Of a DNA stretch of 64,000 bases, positions 23,401-35,400 are shown one piece after another. A program made the position numbers and the translations under genes. Every line of letters begins with the position of its first letter. Position 1 is the stretch's first letter. The notes under the pieces were generated by a model. It searched no databases, was not told where the DNA came from, and was given only the letters and a program-made list of their open reading frames with translations. Source of the DNA: Squalus acanthias (Eukaryota). The DNA lies in NCBI GenBank assembly GCA_030390025.1, contig CM059438.1, positions 38,068,001-38,132,000 on the forward strand, in the 5' to 3' direction.

Positions 23401-26400
23401 GTCCTAGACTGGTGTCCCACCTGTGGGATATCCTATTATAATCTGAACTAAAACTCTAATTTAGAAAGGAAGCTTCTCAACTGCCAGGCCAAGCTGTTAA
23501 AGGGCACAGTATAAATTAATTAATTTCTAGTTCAGTTAAGGATTTTTTTGTCTGAATGAAACTGCTCTATTTACAGGTTGTCACTTTGTGATCTTGCGGG
23601 ATCAGAGCGGAATGCAAAAACCAAGAATGATGGGGACAGATTGAGAGAAGCCGGAAACATTAACACTTCTTTGTTGATTCTTGGAAAATGCATTAATGCA
23701 TTGAGACATAACCAAATTTCAAAGTAAGCGAATCCTTTCAGTCTCTTCCTGCCCTCCCCCCCAACCATCAATTTGCTTGCTACAAGTAGTTCTTGTATCC
23801 TTTACAATTGCAGAATAAGATTTTAATGTTGTTTTGCTTAAGTAGTGATGACAATTGTAAGTTTAAACATATCCTTTTGTTTACTGTAACATTCTTCTCT
23901 TCTCCCTCCCCAGTCATCAGCCATGTTATTAAAAAAAAAATGCTCCAATAGTGAGTAAATGAGATTTTTGGTAATATGCAATTATCTGTGTTGCAGGTGG
24001 CAGTCGTTGATTAACTACAGGTTGCTAAATTAGGGCAGACTCTAGTTTATCTCTATGGGCCCTTTTTGTATTTTTCAGTTACTCTGGCTCTAATAGACGA
24101 GCCCACTAAAGGAATTATGAATCAATTATGTTTCCAATACTCATCCTGATATAAATACATTAGCTATCCTGGGCTTCAACAAAACAAAAAGGTATATCAA
24201 CCTGAAACCCAGAGAGGAAGGAGCTGAAAACTGCAAGTCGTGATTGTAGTCAACAACAACAACTTGTATTTATATAGTGGGCCGAAAATTGATCCCGGGA
24301 CGCGAGAGTACGCACTGCATACTCTCGCGTATTCCCACTCCAATTGCCGGTTTTCTGCATGCCCTGCGCATGCGCTGAAAACCGGCAATTGCTCTTCCGA
24401 AAAGGGGGCGGGGCTTGAGTGCATCGCGTGCGCGCTACAGGCTGCGCGCACGCTGTGCACTTCATGCTTTGGACGCGCAGGTAAGTAGGGAAGATTTTGG
24501 AAATGTAAAAAGGAGGAGTAAGACCCGCTTTTAAGAAGGTAAGTAGTGAATTAAGTATTTTTTTGAATTTTTTTTTACAGGTATATCTTTTTTATAGACT
24601 TTAAAGACAGGTAAGTTTATTTTTATAACTTTTTAAAAGATTTTAAATTTTTTCAAAAATTTAATTTTTTTATTTAAAATGGTTAATTTAATTAACTATA
24701 CTTATTTTATTAATGTGATGGGTTTTTTTTTAAATTTAATTGAGGTTTAGCTGTTATTTTGGGGGGGTGTAAGATTCATAAGTCTCACAGCTATGCTGTG
24801 AGACTTATGAATGGAAGATGGTGTGCTGCCATTGGCTCTAACTGAGTCACGTGATCCCACAGCTCGCACGAATTAACTACGCCGCTGGGATACGCAAGCC
24901 CAGCACAGCTGATGTCTGGAACATCAATTTCGTGCGAGCTGGATCAGAAAAAGCATAAGCGAGGTGAGACATCGCGGGGAAGGCTTACCCCCGCGGGAAC
25001 AGAGCGAGATCAATTTCTGGGCCAATGCCTTTAACGTGGTAAAATGTCCCAAGGCATTTCATAGGACTATTATAAGACAAAAAATTGACGCCGAGCCAGC
25101 CACATAAGGAGAAATTAGGGCAGGTGACCAAAATCTTGGCCAAAGAGGTAGGTTTTAAGGAGCGTCTTAAAGGAGGAAAGAGCGGTTTAGGCAGGGAATT
25201 CCAGAGCTTGGGGCCGAGGCAACAGAAGGCACGGCCACCAATGGTTGAGCGATTATAATCAGGGATGCTCAAGAGGGCAGAATTAGAGGAGTGCAGATAT
25301 CTTGGAGGGGAAGGGGGGGCTGGAGGAGATTAGAGATAGGGAGGGGCGAGGCCATGGAGGGATTTGAAAACAAGGATGAGAATTTTGAAGTCGAGGTGTT
25401 GCTTAACCGGGAGCCAATGTAGGTCAACGAGCACAGGGGTGATGGGTGAACGGGACTTGGTGCGAGTTAGGACACGGGCAGCTGAGTTTTGGATCGCCAA
25501 GTTTATGTAGGGTAGAATGTGGGAGGCCAGCCAGGAGTGCGCTGGAATAGTCAAGTCTAGAGGTAACAAAGGCATGGATGAGGGTTTCAGCTGGGGATGA
25601 GCTGAGGCAAAGGGCGTTAATGGGTGATGTTACGGAGGTGGAAATAGTTAAGCCATGGATATGTGGTCGGAAGCTAATTTCAGGATCAAATATGACACCA
25701 AGGTTGCGAACAGTGTGGTTCAGCCTCCGACAGATGTTAGGGAGAGGGATGGAGTTAGTGGCTAGGGAATGGAGTTTGTGGCAGGGTCTGAAAACAATGG
25801 CTTCAGTCTTCCCAGTGCTTAATTGGAGAAAATTTCTGCTCATCCAGAACTGGATGTCTGATTGGCAGTCTGACAATTTAGAGACCAGACCGTGGAGAGG
25901 TCGAGAGAAGTGGTAGTGAGGTAGAGCTGGGTGTCGTCAGCGTTCATGTGGAAACTGACGCTGTGTTTTCAGATGATGTCGCCAATGGGCACCAAGTAGA
26001 TGAGAAATAGGAGAGGGCCAAGGATGATCCTTGGGGGATACCAGAGGTAACAATGCGGGAGCGGGAAGAGAAGCCGTTCCAGGTGATTCTCTGGCTACGA
26101 TTAGATAGATAAGAATGGAACCAGGCGAGTGCAGTCCCACTCAGCTGGACGACAGTGGAGAGGCGTTGGAGAAGGATGGAGTGGTCAACTGTCTCAAAAG
26201 CTGCAGACAAGTCAAGAAGGATGAGGAGGGATAGTTTACCTTTCTCACAGTCACAAAGGATGTCATTTGTGACTTTGGTGAGAGCGGTTTCGGTACTGTG
26301 GCAAGGGCGGAAACCTAATTGGAAGGATTCAAACATGAGTTGCGAGAAAGTTGAGCACGGATTTGGGAGGCGACAACACATTCAAGGACTTTGGAGAGGA

Positions 26401-29400
26401 AAGGGAGGTTGGAGATGGGGCGGTAGCTTGCAAGGACGGAGGGGTCAAGGGTTGGTTTTTTGAGGAGCGGGGGAACAGTACCCGAGGAGAGAGAACCGTT
26501 AACAATGTCAACTAACATGGGAGCCAGAAAAGGAAGTTGGGTGGTCAGCAGTTTGGTGAGAATAGGGTCGAGGTATCAGGAAGTGGGTTTCATGGACAAG
26601 ATGAGCGAGGAGAGGTCATGAGGGGAGATCAGAGAGAAACTGGAGAAAGATGTGAGTTCAGGGCTAGGGCAGGGGGGTCCTTGGAGGAAGTTTGGCCTGG
26701 TGGGCATGGGGAAGGAAGGGAAGTAGCAGAGGCAGCTGAACGGATGGTCTCAATCTTAGACAAAAGTCTGAGCTCCTCACACCTGTTGTCGGAGGTAAGG
26801 GTGGAGGAGACAGGAGAGAGGGGTTTAAAAAGACGGTTAGCAGTGGAGAAAAGAAGTTTATCTTTGCATTCCAGAATGATTCTGAAATAGTGAGCAATTT
26901 TGGCAGACGAGAGCAGGACTCGATAATGCTTTCTGGTCCAGCCAGATCTGGCGGTGAATGGCTAAACCAGTTATCTGCCATATCCGTTTAAGTCTGCGTC
27001 CCTTGGACTTAAGGGAGAGAAGTTGAGGGTTGTACTGGGGGAACGGCCAGGGTAAGAGAGAGCAATTGTTTTAATAGGGACTCTGGCATCAAAGATACTG
27101 GTGAGGGTGTGGTTGAACAGATTGGTAGCTGCAGAAATGTCATGGTGAATGGATAGCTAAATCCTGGACAGTTGGGATTTCACAAGTGCAGTTGTAAGAG
27201 AGTTTGGAGAGTTTTTTCCGGGGCGGATACAAGGAATTAGGGTTAGTAGGGAAGGTCGGTGAGAGAGTATGCTGGGACAGTTGGGGTTGCTGCTCGTAAG
27301 GAGGCAGCAGCGAGTGCCTCGATGGGCCCTTTGTAGGATGCCAAGAGCGGCTCAGAGGGAAGCTGTAGGCTTACCTAAGAGGGAGTCAAGCCTGGGAAGG
27401 TGGCAGGAGAGTCGGAAGGTCGAAGAGTAATGAAGGATTGGGGTGGGGATTTGGGAGGGCAGAGTATCCGAGAGAGGAGAGATGAAAGGAGGCATGACTA
27501 CAGGAGAGAGTGGTCAGGGAGGGATAGAGAGAAAAGGAAAAGAGGGGCGGGGTGGGGGGGGGGGGGAAGTGGAAAAGTATTGAATGGCTTGGGTCCGGAA
27601 CGGTTCTAAATATCGGTTGAGCTAGACTGACCGAATGCTCATTTGTCCATAAGAAGATTGGTAGAAGTCTGAATAAAAAGTTTTCCCCAACATAAGCTCT
27701 TCTCGATATTCATACTGCTAGGAAAAGGAATCAAATATCTGGACTGAAATAAAATATCCACTACGGCCTGAATTATTTACCTTGTTCTCTCTGTTTAATG
27801 ACGCTGGGATTCTTGACTGTTTAATCATTTGTTTTCAGATTATTAAATGCCCAGCTAACGTTCTAAACTTTTAATCTCTATTTGGAAACTTCTACTTGTT
27901 CTCACAAAAGGATTATAATTGGTTCTCACAAAAGGATTATAATGTGAGACCAATTTATTTTATTAGTATTCAACTTTGGAGCATATTTTTTATTGAACAT
28001 GGATTAATTTAATCTGATTGAAGATTCCTTTCACCATTGGAAAATGAGTTGGGATAATCTCAGCCCAGTCTTCCTAATTAGTGAGAATCCATAGTGCAGA
28101 ATAGTTTATTACTTCGGACTTGTGTTAGCAGTCTCACTTCAGAGGTCAAAAGGTTGACTGTTGACATGAAATATTTGAAGTTGTGGCACATTTTTGGGGC
28201 AAAGATACAGGGAGTTTTTTCCTGTAGAGATTTCACAATCCCATGATGTTCCAAATGCTTTGCAGCCAATTAAGTACTTTTTGAAGTGTAGCCAATGTTG
28301 TAGGAAATGCATCAGACAATTTGCGCAAAGCAAGGTCCCACAAACAGCAATGATATAAATGACCAGATAATCTGTTTTAGATATTGGTTGAGGGATAAAT
28401 ATTGGCGGAGACACTTGGGGAGAACTCCCCTGCTCTACAATTAGTGTCATGGGATCTTTTATGTCTCCTGAGAGGGCAGATGGGGGCTCGGTTTAACATC
28501 TCATCTGAAAGACAGCACCTCTGACAGTGCAGCACTCCCTCAGTACTGCACTGAAGTTCCTGCCTAGATTATGTGCTCCAATCTCTGGCGTAGTGCTTGA
28601 ATCCACGGCCATCTGACTCAGATGAGAGTGCTACGACTGAGCTACTCCTGGCAGAAGGCAGAAATCCACCAGTGAGCAAAACTTTACATTTCAACTCTAG
28701 TTATGCCAAGCCTTAGGTTAATTTGCCATAGTTCCGATAAAACCCCATTCTGCCTCCACAATGATACTCGATTAAACTACCCCCCCCCCCCCCATTTGCT
28801 ACCAAACTGCAGCAGCTCTGCTGCAGTACTATCAAACTCCATGCCCCATCCCAGTTTTGCCAAACGCTGGGACATTCTCCATGCAGCTAATCTTCTTTTC
28901 CCCCTCCTCAATTCTGCTACTAATGTAAATATATCTCTAGTTGGTGCATATTTCATATAGAATCTTACAGCACAGAAGGGAGGCCATTCGGCCTGTCATG
29001 CCAGTGCCGACACTTTGAAAGAGCTGTCCAATTTAGCCCCACGCCCTAGCTTTTTCCCCATAACCCTGCAAATTAGTCCTCTTCAAATTCATGTCCAATT
29101 GCCTTTTAAAAGTTCCTATGGAATCTGATTGTACCACCCTTTCAAGTGGTGTGTTCCAGATCTCAACAACCTGTGTGAAGAAATTTCTCCTCATTTCCCC
29201 TATAGTTCTTTTGTCAATTATTTTAAATCTATGACCTCTGGTTACTGACCCAGTTGCCAGAGGAAATAGTTTCTCCCTACATGTTCTATCAAAACCCATT
29301 ATAATTTTGAATACCTCTATTTGGTCTCCCATTAACTGTCTCTGCTCTAAGGAGAACGATCCCATCTTCTCCAATCTCTGCACATAACTCAACTCCTTCA

Positions 29401-32400
29401 TCCCTGGTATCATCCTGATAAACCTCCTCTGTACCCTCTCCAGGACCTTGACATTATTCCTAAAGTGTGGTGCCCAGAATTATACACAATACTCCAGCTG
29501 AGGCCGAACCAGTGATTTGTAAAGCTTTATTTGACTTATGTGGTTTTTGTATTCAGTGCCCCTATTTACAAAGCTGAGTATCCCATACACTTTCTTAACC
29601 ACCTTCTCAACTTGCTCTGCCTCCTTCAAAGATTTGTGAATATTGAAAGATCTTTCTATGTAATCTCAGTTTTAAATTTGGTAAGGAATCGAAATTAAGG
29701 CTAATCCTTTCCGGTTTCCACAGAACAATAGACAGTTACAGAATTCAATCCCTAAATCACCAGGAAGAATCCAAAACACCAGGAAAATTTACAAAAATGG
29801 AATTTGACTTAATCAGTTACTGTAAATCAGTTGTCCTGATGTAATCCCCTACTTCTGTTGTTATAAAACATCAAATCCTCCAATTCACTATTAGCAATGT
29901 TACAGGCGGTCTACTAGAATAGAATATATATGAGCAATTAACATTAACAGGGAAAACACAGTTTTGAAATGTACACTAAACTGTTATTTTAATAAACCAA
30001 GTATTTTTCTATACACAGTTCTTTTCTTGTCTCCTCTTAAGCACTGGAAGCTAGCTATATATACTTGGTCAGATCTTAATCTGTTCAACTCTGCTCCACT
30101 CAAAGTTCTCTTTGCTCTTTTTATACACCTCATCCGATTGCCAAGCCTTGTTAGAAATTCATCACTGGCCACCCTGGCATATCTAGAAATGAACCAAAAA
30201 TGAAGTCCATGTATAATTGAAATTGTGTGTTGGACTTTGCAGCATAAGCAATGAGGTAGGCTGAGACAGTGCAGGTGTTTTTAAATGTTATGCCTGATTT
30301 TAGGGGATGGCTATCGCATTTAAACATGATTGAACGGCTTAATTTCACTTTTTAGTTCCATATAAACGAGATTTTCTTGGCAAATCCTGTTTTGGAATTG
30401 TCATATTTCAAATCTTCGAAACTTGTACTGTTTTGAAAATTCTGTTGGCAGTTTGCACTATTTAAGAAAAATTGAAGTATCTTTCTGTTAATCTTCAACT
30501 TCAGTGTGCAAAGCTTACATTAGTTAGAGATCTAACATTTACAATTCAATTTGACCACATTTAAACGTGAGGGATGGTTCTCTTGTGATCTAATGAAATC
30601 TAAAAGGGGAATGCCGAAAACTGAATACTACTGTGGATGCTGAAAGTTATGTATGCCAAACTCATTCAAGTTTCTGTAAAACTTTTTCTTTGTGTCTCTT
30701 AGGACTCACAGCCATGTTCCATTTAGGGAAAGTAAGCTTACTCGCTACTTCCAGGGGTTTTTCTCTGGGAGAGGAAAAATTTGCATGATTGTTAACATCA
30801 GCCAGTGTGCTTCTATGTATGATGAGACGCTGAATGTATTGAAGTTCTCTGCAGTGGCACAAAAGGTAGGTTAGATATGTGAATTGATAAAATTGTTATA
30901 TTCTAATCCATAAACCTTTGTCAGTTGCACAATTGAACAAATGACCGGTACCCATTGGTAGCAGATTCAATAATAACTTTCAAAAGGGGAATTGGATAAA
31001 TACTTAAAGGAAAAGTTTGCAGGGCTATAGGGAAAGAGTGGAACTAATTGGACAGATCTTTCAAAGAGCTGGCACAGACATGGTGGGACAAATGGTCTCA
31101 TTGCACTGTAAGATTCTATGTATCACCGTTTGCGTGATTCATGATTGGAGCTGCAGTTTAAAATTTTTTTTTTTTTTTAAATTGTTTTCATAGGATGTGG
31201 ACGTCGCTGGCAAGGCCAGCATTTATTGCCCATCCCTAATTGCCCTTGAAAAGGTGGTGGTGAGCTGCCGCCTACAACTGCTGCAGTTGGTGTGGTGAAG
31301 GTACTCCCACAGTGCTGTTAGGTAGGGAGTTCCAGGATTTTGACCCAGCGACGATGAAGGATCGACGATATACTTCTAAGTCAGGATGATGTGTGACTTG
31401 GAGGGGAACTTGGAGGTGATGGTGTTCCCATGCGCCTGCTGCCCTTGTCCTTCTAGGTGGAAGAGGTCGCGGGTTTGGAAGGTGCTGCCGAAGAAGCCTT
31501 GGCGAGTAGCTGCAGTGCATCTTGTAGATGGTACACTGCAGCCACGGTACGCCGGTGGTGGAGGGAGTGAATGTTTAAGGTGGTGGATGGGGTGCCAATC
31601 AAGCGGGCTGCTTTGTCCTGGATGGTGTCGAGCTTCTTGTGTTGTTGGAGCTGCACTCATCCAGACAAGTGGAGAATGTTCCACCACACTCCTTACTTGT
31701 GCCTTGTAGATGGTGGAAAGACTTTGGGGAGCAGGAGGTGAGACACTTGCTGCAGAATACCTAGCCTCTGACCTGCTCTTGTTGCTACAGTTTTTATGTG
31801 GCTGGTCCAGTTAGGTTTCTGGTCAATGGTGACCCCCAGGATGTTGATGGAGGGGGATTCGGCAATGGTAATGCCGTTGAATGTCAAGGGGCGGTGGTTA
31901 GACTCTCGCTTGTTGGAGATAGTCATTGCCTGGCACTTCTGTGGCGCGAATGTTACCTGCCACTTATCAGCCCCAGCCTGAACGTCGTTCAGGTCTTGTT
32001 GCATGCGGGCATGGACTGCTTCATTATCTGAGGAGTTGTGAATGGCACTGAACACTGTGCAGTCATCAGCGAACATCCCCATTTCTGACTTTATGTTGGA
32101 GGGAAGGTCATTGATGAAGCAGCTGAAGATGGTTGGGCCTAGGACACTGCCCTGAGGAACTCCTGCAGCGATGTCCTGGGGCTGTGATGATTGATCTTCA
32201 ATTACCACAACCATCTTCCTTTGTGCTAGATATGACTCCAGCCAGTGGAGAGTTTGCCTCCTGATTCCCATTGACTTCAGTTTTACTAGGGTTCCTTGAT
32301 GCCACACTCTGTCAAATGCTGCCTTGCTGTTGAGGGCAGTCACTCTCCCCTCACCTCTGGAATTCAGCTCCTTTGTCCATGTTTGAACCAAGGCTGTAAT

Positions 32401-35400
32401 GAGGTCGGGAGCTGAGTGGTCTTGGTGGAACCCATACTGGGCATCAGTGAGCAGGTTATTGGTGAGTAAATGCCACTTGATAGCTCTGTTGATGACACCT
32501 TCTATGTTGATGACACCTTCCATCACTTTGCTGATGATTGAGAGTAGACTGATGGGGCGGTAATTGGCCGGATTGGTTTTGTCCTGCTTTTTGTGGACAG
32601 GACATACCTGAGCTGTTGTCCACATTGTCGGATAGATGCCAGTGTTGTAGCTGTACTGGAACAGCTTGGCTGGAGGCGCGTCTAATTCTGGAGCACAAGT
32701 CTTCAGCACGATAGCCGGGATTTTGTCATGGCCCATAGCCTTTGCTGTATCCAGTGCGCTCAGCCGTTTCTTGATATCACGTGGAGTGAATTGAATTGGC
32801 TGAAGACTGGCTTCTGTGATGGTGGGGACCTCAGGAGGAGGCCGATATGGATCATCCACTCGGCACTTCTGGCTGAAGATGGTTGCAAACATTTCAGCCT
32901 TGTCTTTTGCACTTGCGTGCTGGGCTCCACCATCATTGAGGATGGGGATATTCATGGAGCCTCCTCCTCCCGTTAGTTGTTTAATTGTCCACCACCATTC
33001 ACGACTGGATGTGGCAGGACTGCAGAGGTTTGATCTGATCTGTTGATCGTGGGATCGCTTAGCCCTGTCTATGGCATTAGTTCATAGCTTTAAGTCAAAG
33101 GCTTTGGTAGTTGTGTCTGATGTCTGCCTATTATTCAAGGAGAGTGTGTTTTAGTACAGCAATTGGTGGCAAGGATGCCTTTTTATGTAGCTAATGTCCT
33201 TTTCCTACTTCATTATTGTATTAAGAAATATATATTCTGGCTCTTCGATAGCTTTCCAAACTCCAGGGGTAAGATGCATTTTCTAGCTTTAGTGGCCAAA
33301 AAAATACTTTACAGTTTGTAATGTCTTTTTGATTTTCATCTCCAAATTTTAATCTTTCACTAGGTTTTTTTGTTCCCTTGTGTCCTGTTGCAGCTCTTTA
33401 AGCCATACATTAGTTTGTCTTCTGCATCAACAATTCCTTTTATGATGCTTTTTATTTGAAGCATAGGAAACTATTTGAGGCTAATTGACAGGTTTGAGAA
33501 AAGGTCCTGTTTGACAAATAGTAACTAAAAGACATTTTACCAGCATATATTCTGCAATTCAATATGTTGCAAAGTTCCGTTGCATCAGATCCTGTTGGAT
33601 AAAACTTAAAGCTTAAGCTCTGCGAGGTTGTCTTTGAAGCTGTTGTCAATGTTTTTCTGGATAAGCTTCAGTTGACCTGTTGGTTTTCTAAAGTGAGATC
33701 TTCACAAGAAGGATCATTGAACTTTGTTGCCTGAGAAAATGTTTTTTTTTTAAAGTCAAGGGTGGGGTAGAGAAGAAAAGTGAGCAACTGTGAAGGGAAG
33801 GGTATTTCCCTGAGGTAGGCTTCAGTTGTATCCTGACAAATTATTCCTTACTAGTTACTGGTGTCAAGCTTTTCAATGTGTTTCTAGTTCCAGTTAGAGA
33901 CTCTTCACACTTTCAGCCTAAGTGAAATTGATTAGGTGTTACAGGAAACTCTTTATTAACCGGGACCGGCACCACGCCGGTCTATCGAAAGTACCGGATA
34001 ACGGAGAGTTATATCTACCGAGGCTATTTTTAACAAAGAAAAATAAATAAATCAAGAAATGTGCAGTATACTTCCGACAGCGCCAGGAGGCCGAGTAGTG
34101 GCACTTTTGAAAACTACCCCTACTGACTAAATCGGCGTTCTCGGACTTGGGATCGGCAACATTGCTGGTTATTTGAGAGGAGTTTTCGGAGTACTCGGCG
34201 TTCGCGGGGACTCTACTGCGACTCTGCAACATTGCCGGTTATTTGAGAGGAGTTTTCGGAGGATGATTTTTGCCAGTTAAGCGAGAATTCCGGATATTTG
34301 GGTGCCGGATAAACACAAGTTTCCTGTATATAGGATTGTAGACCTATAATGGATGATTTATTGTAGTTTTAAGGGATAGCAGATATCTGCATTCTGTCGG
34401 ATTTGCTGGATTCTAGAATCGTGCTAAAGCATGAAGAACTTAATTCAATGAATACAATAGAATACTCCTCATAGTCCCTACGCAAGCCCAAACCTGGATC
34501 ATATTAGTCTGTCAAAAGTGAGAAGTCGCACAACACCAGGTTATAGTCCAACAGCTTTATTTGAAATCTCAAGCTTTCGGAGCGCTGCTCCTTTCGCTCC
34601 GAAAGCTTGTGATTTCAAATAAAGCTGTTGGACTATAACCTGGTGTTGTGCGACTTCTCACTTTTGTCCACCCCAGTCCAACACCGGCATCTCCGCATCA
34701 TGCGTATTAGTCTGTAGTAGGTAAAGGTGTTTAGAATAAGATTGATTTTTTTTTAATGGATTGACACTTTGTAATTGATTTTCAGCTATGTTTATTTATG
34801 AATATTGTTTCCAGATTTTATTGAAGCAATTGAGATGATTGCGGCTGCGCAAACAGAATCTACTTATGGAACCAGAGACCAAGAAGCTAATATAATATGC
34901 ATGTTTCAAAGTGCACTGAACTCACTTTTTTGCATAAGAGCTTAAATTTGGCTTTGTTTCCTCCTGAAGTACTGAAATTTTAATGGACAAATTAGTTCCC
35001 ATCTCTTGTGACTGTCATTTTCTCACTTCATTTAGGATCCATGTAATTGATGGATTTGTGATAAGGATAATCTAATTAATGGGTGTGGATTAGCAGCATT
35101 CCACTTGCATCCTGGTTGCTTTCAGTGATTTTTTTTTTTAGCAGTAGTGAATAGTTTCAATGCCTTCACTGTGCTGTGCTAACCTACTAAAATTGATTTT
35201 TGTTTTCTCTGACAAAAATAAGGACTCACTTTATTAAACTAGTATTTTCTATTCTAGGTTCTTCTCAATAGTTCAAAGCTTCTTCCCACATTCTTGGTTC
35301 CAAAAAGATCAGCCAGAGATGTTTCACTGATCATCAACAATGCTGAAAATGAATCATTTTTGGGAAGAAGACAAACTATGTCTTGGGATGCTAGTCTGGA

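Noticed and set aside
27543-27572. G-quadruplex-forming G runs (also 2673-2691 and 36447-36462)
   Set aside because: These are homopolymer expansions, mostly inside TE remnants and prone to sequencing error, with no evidence of function.
34815-34945. Possible extra exon after TTGTTTCCAG
   Set aside because: The required phase-0 frame hits TGA after 7 codons, there is no good donor, and exons 11 and 12 already join in frame.
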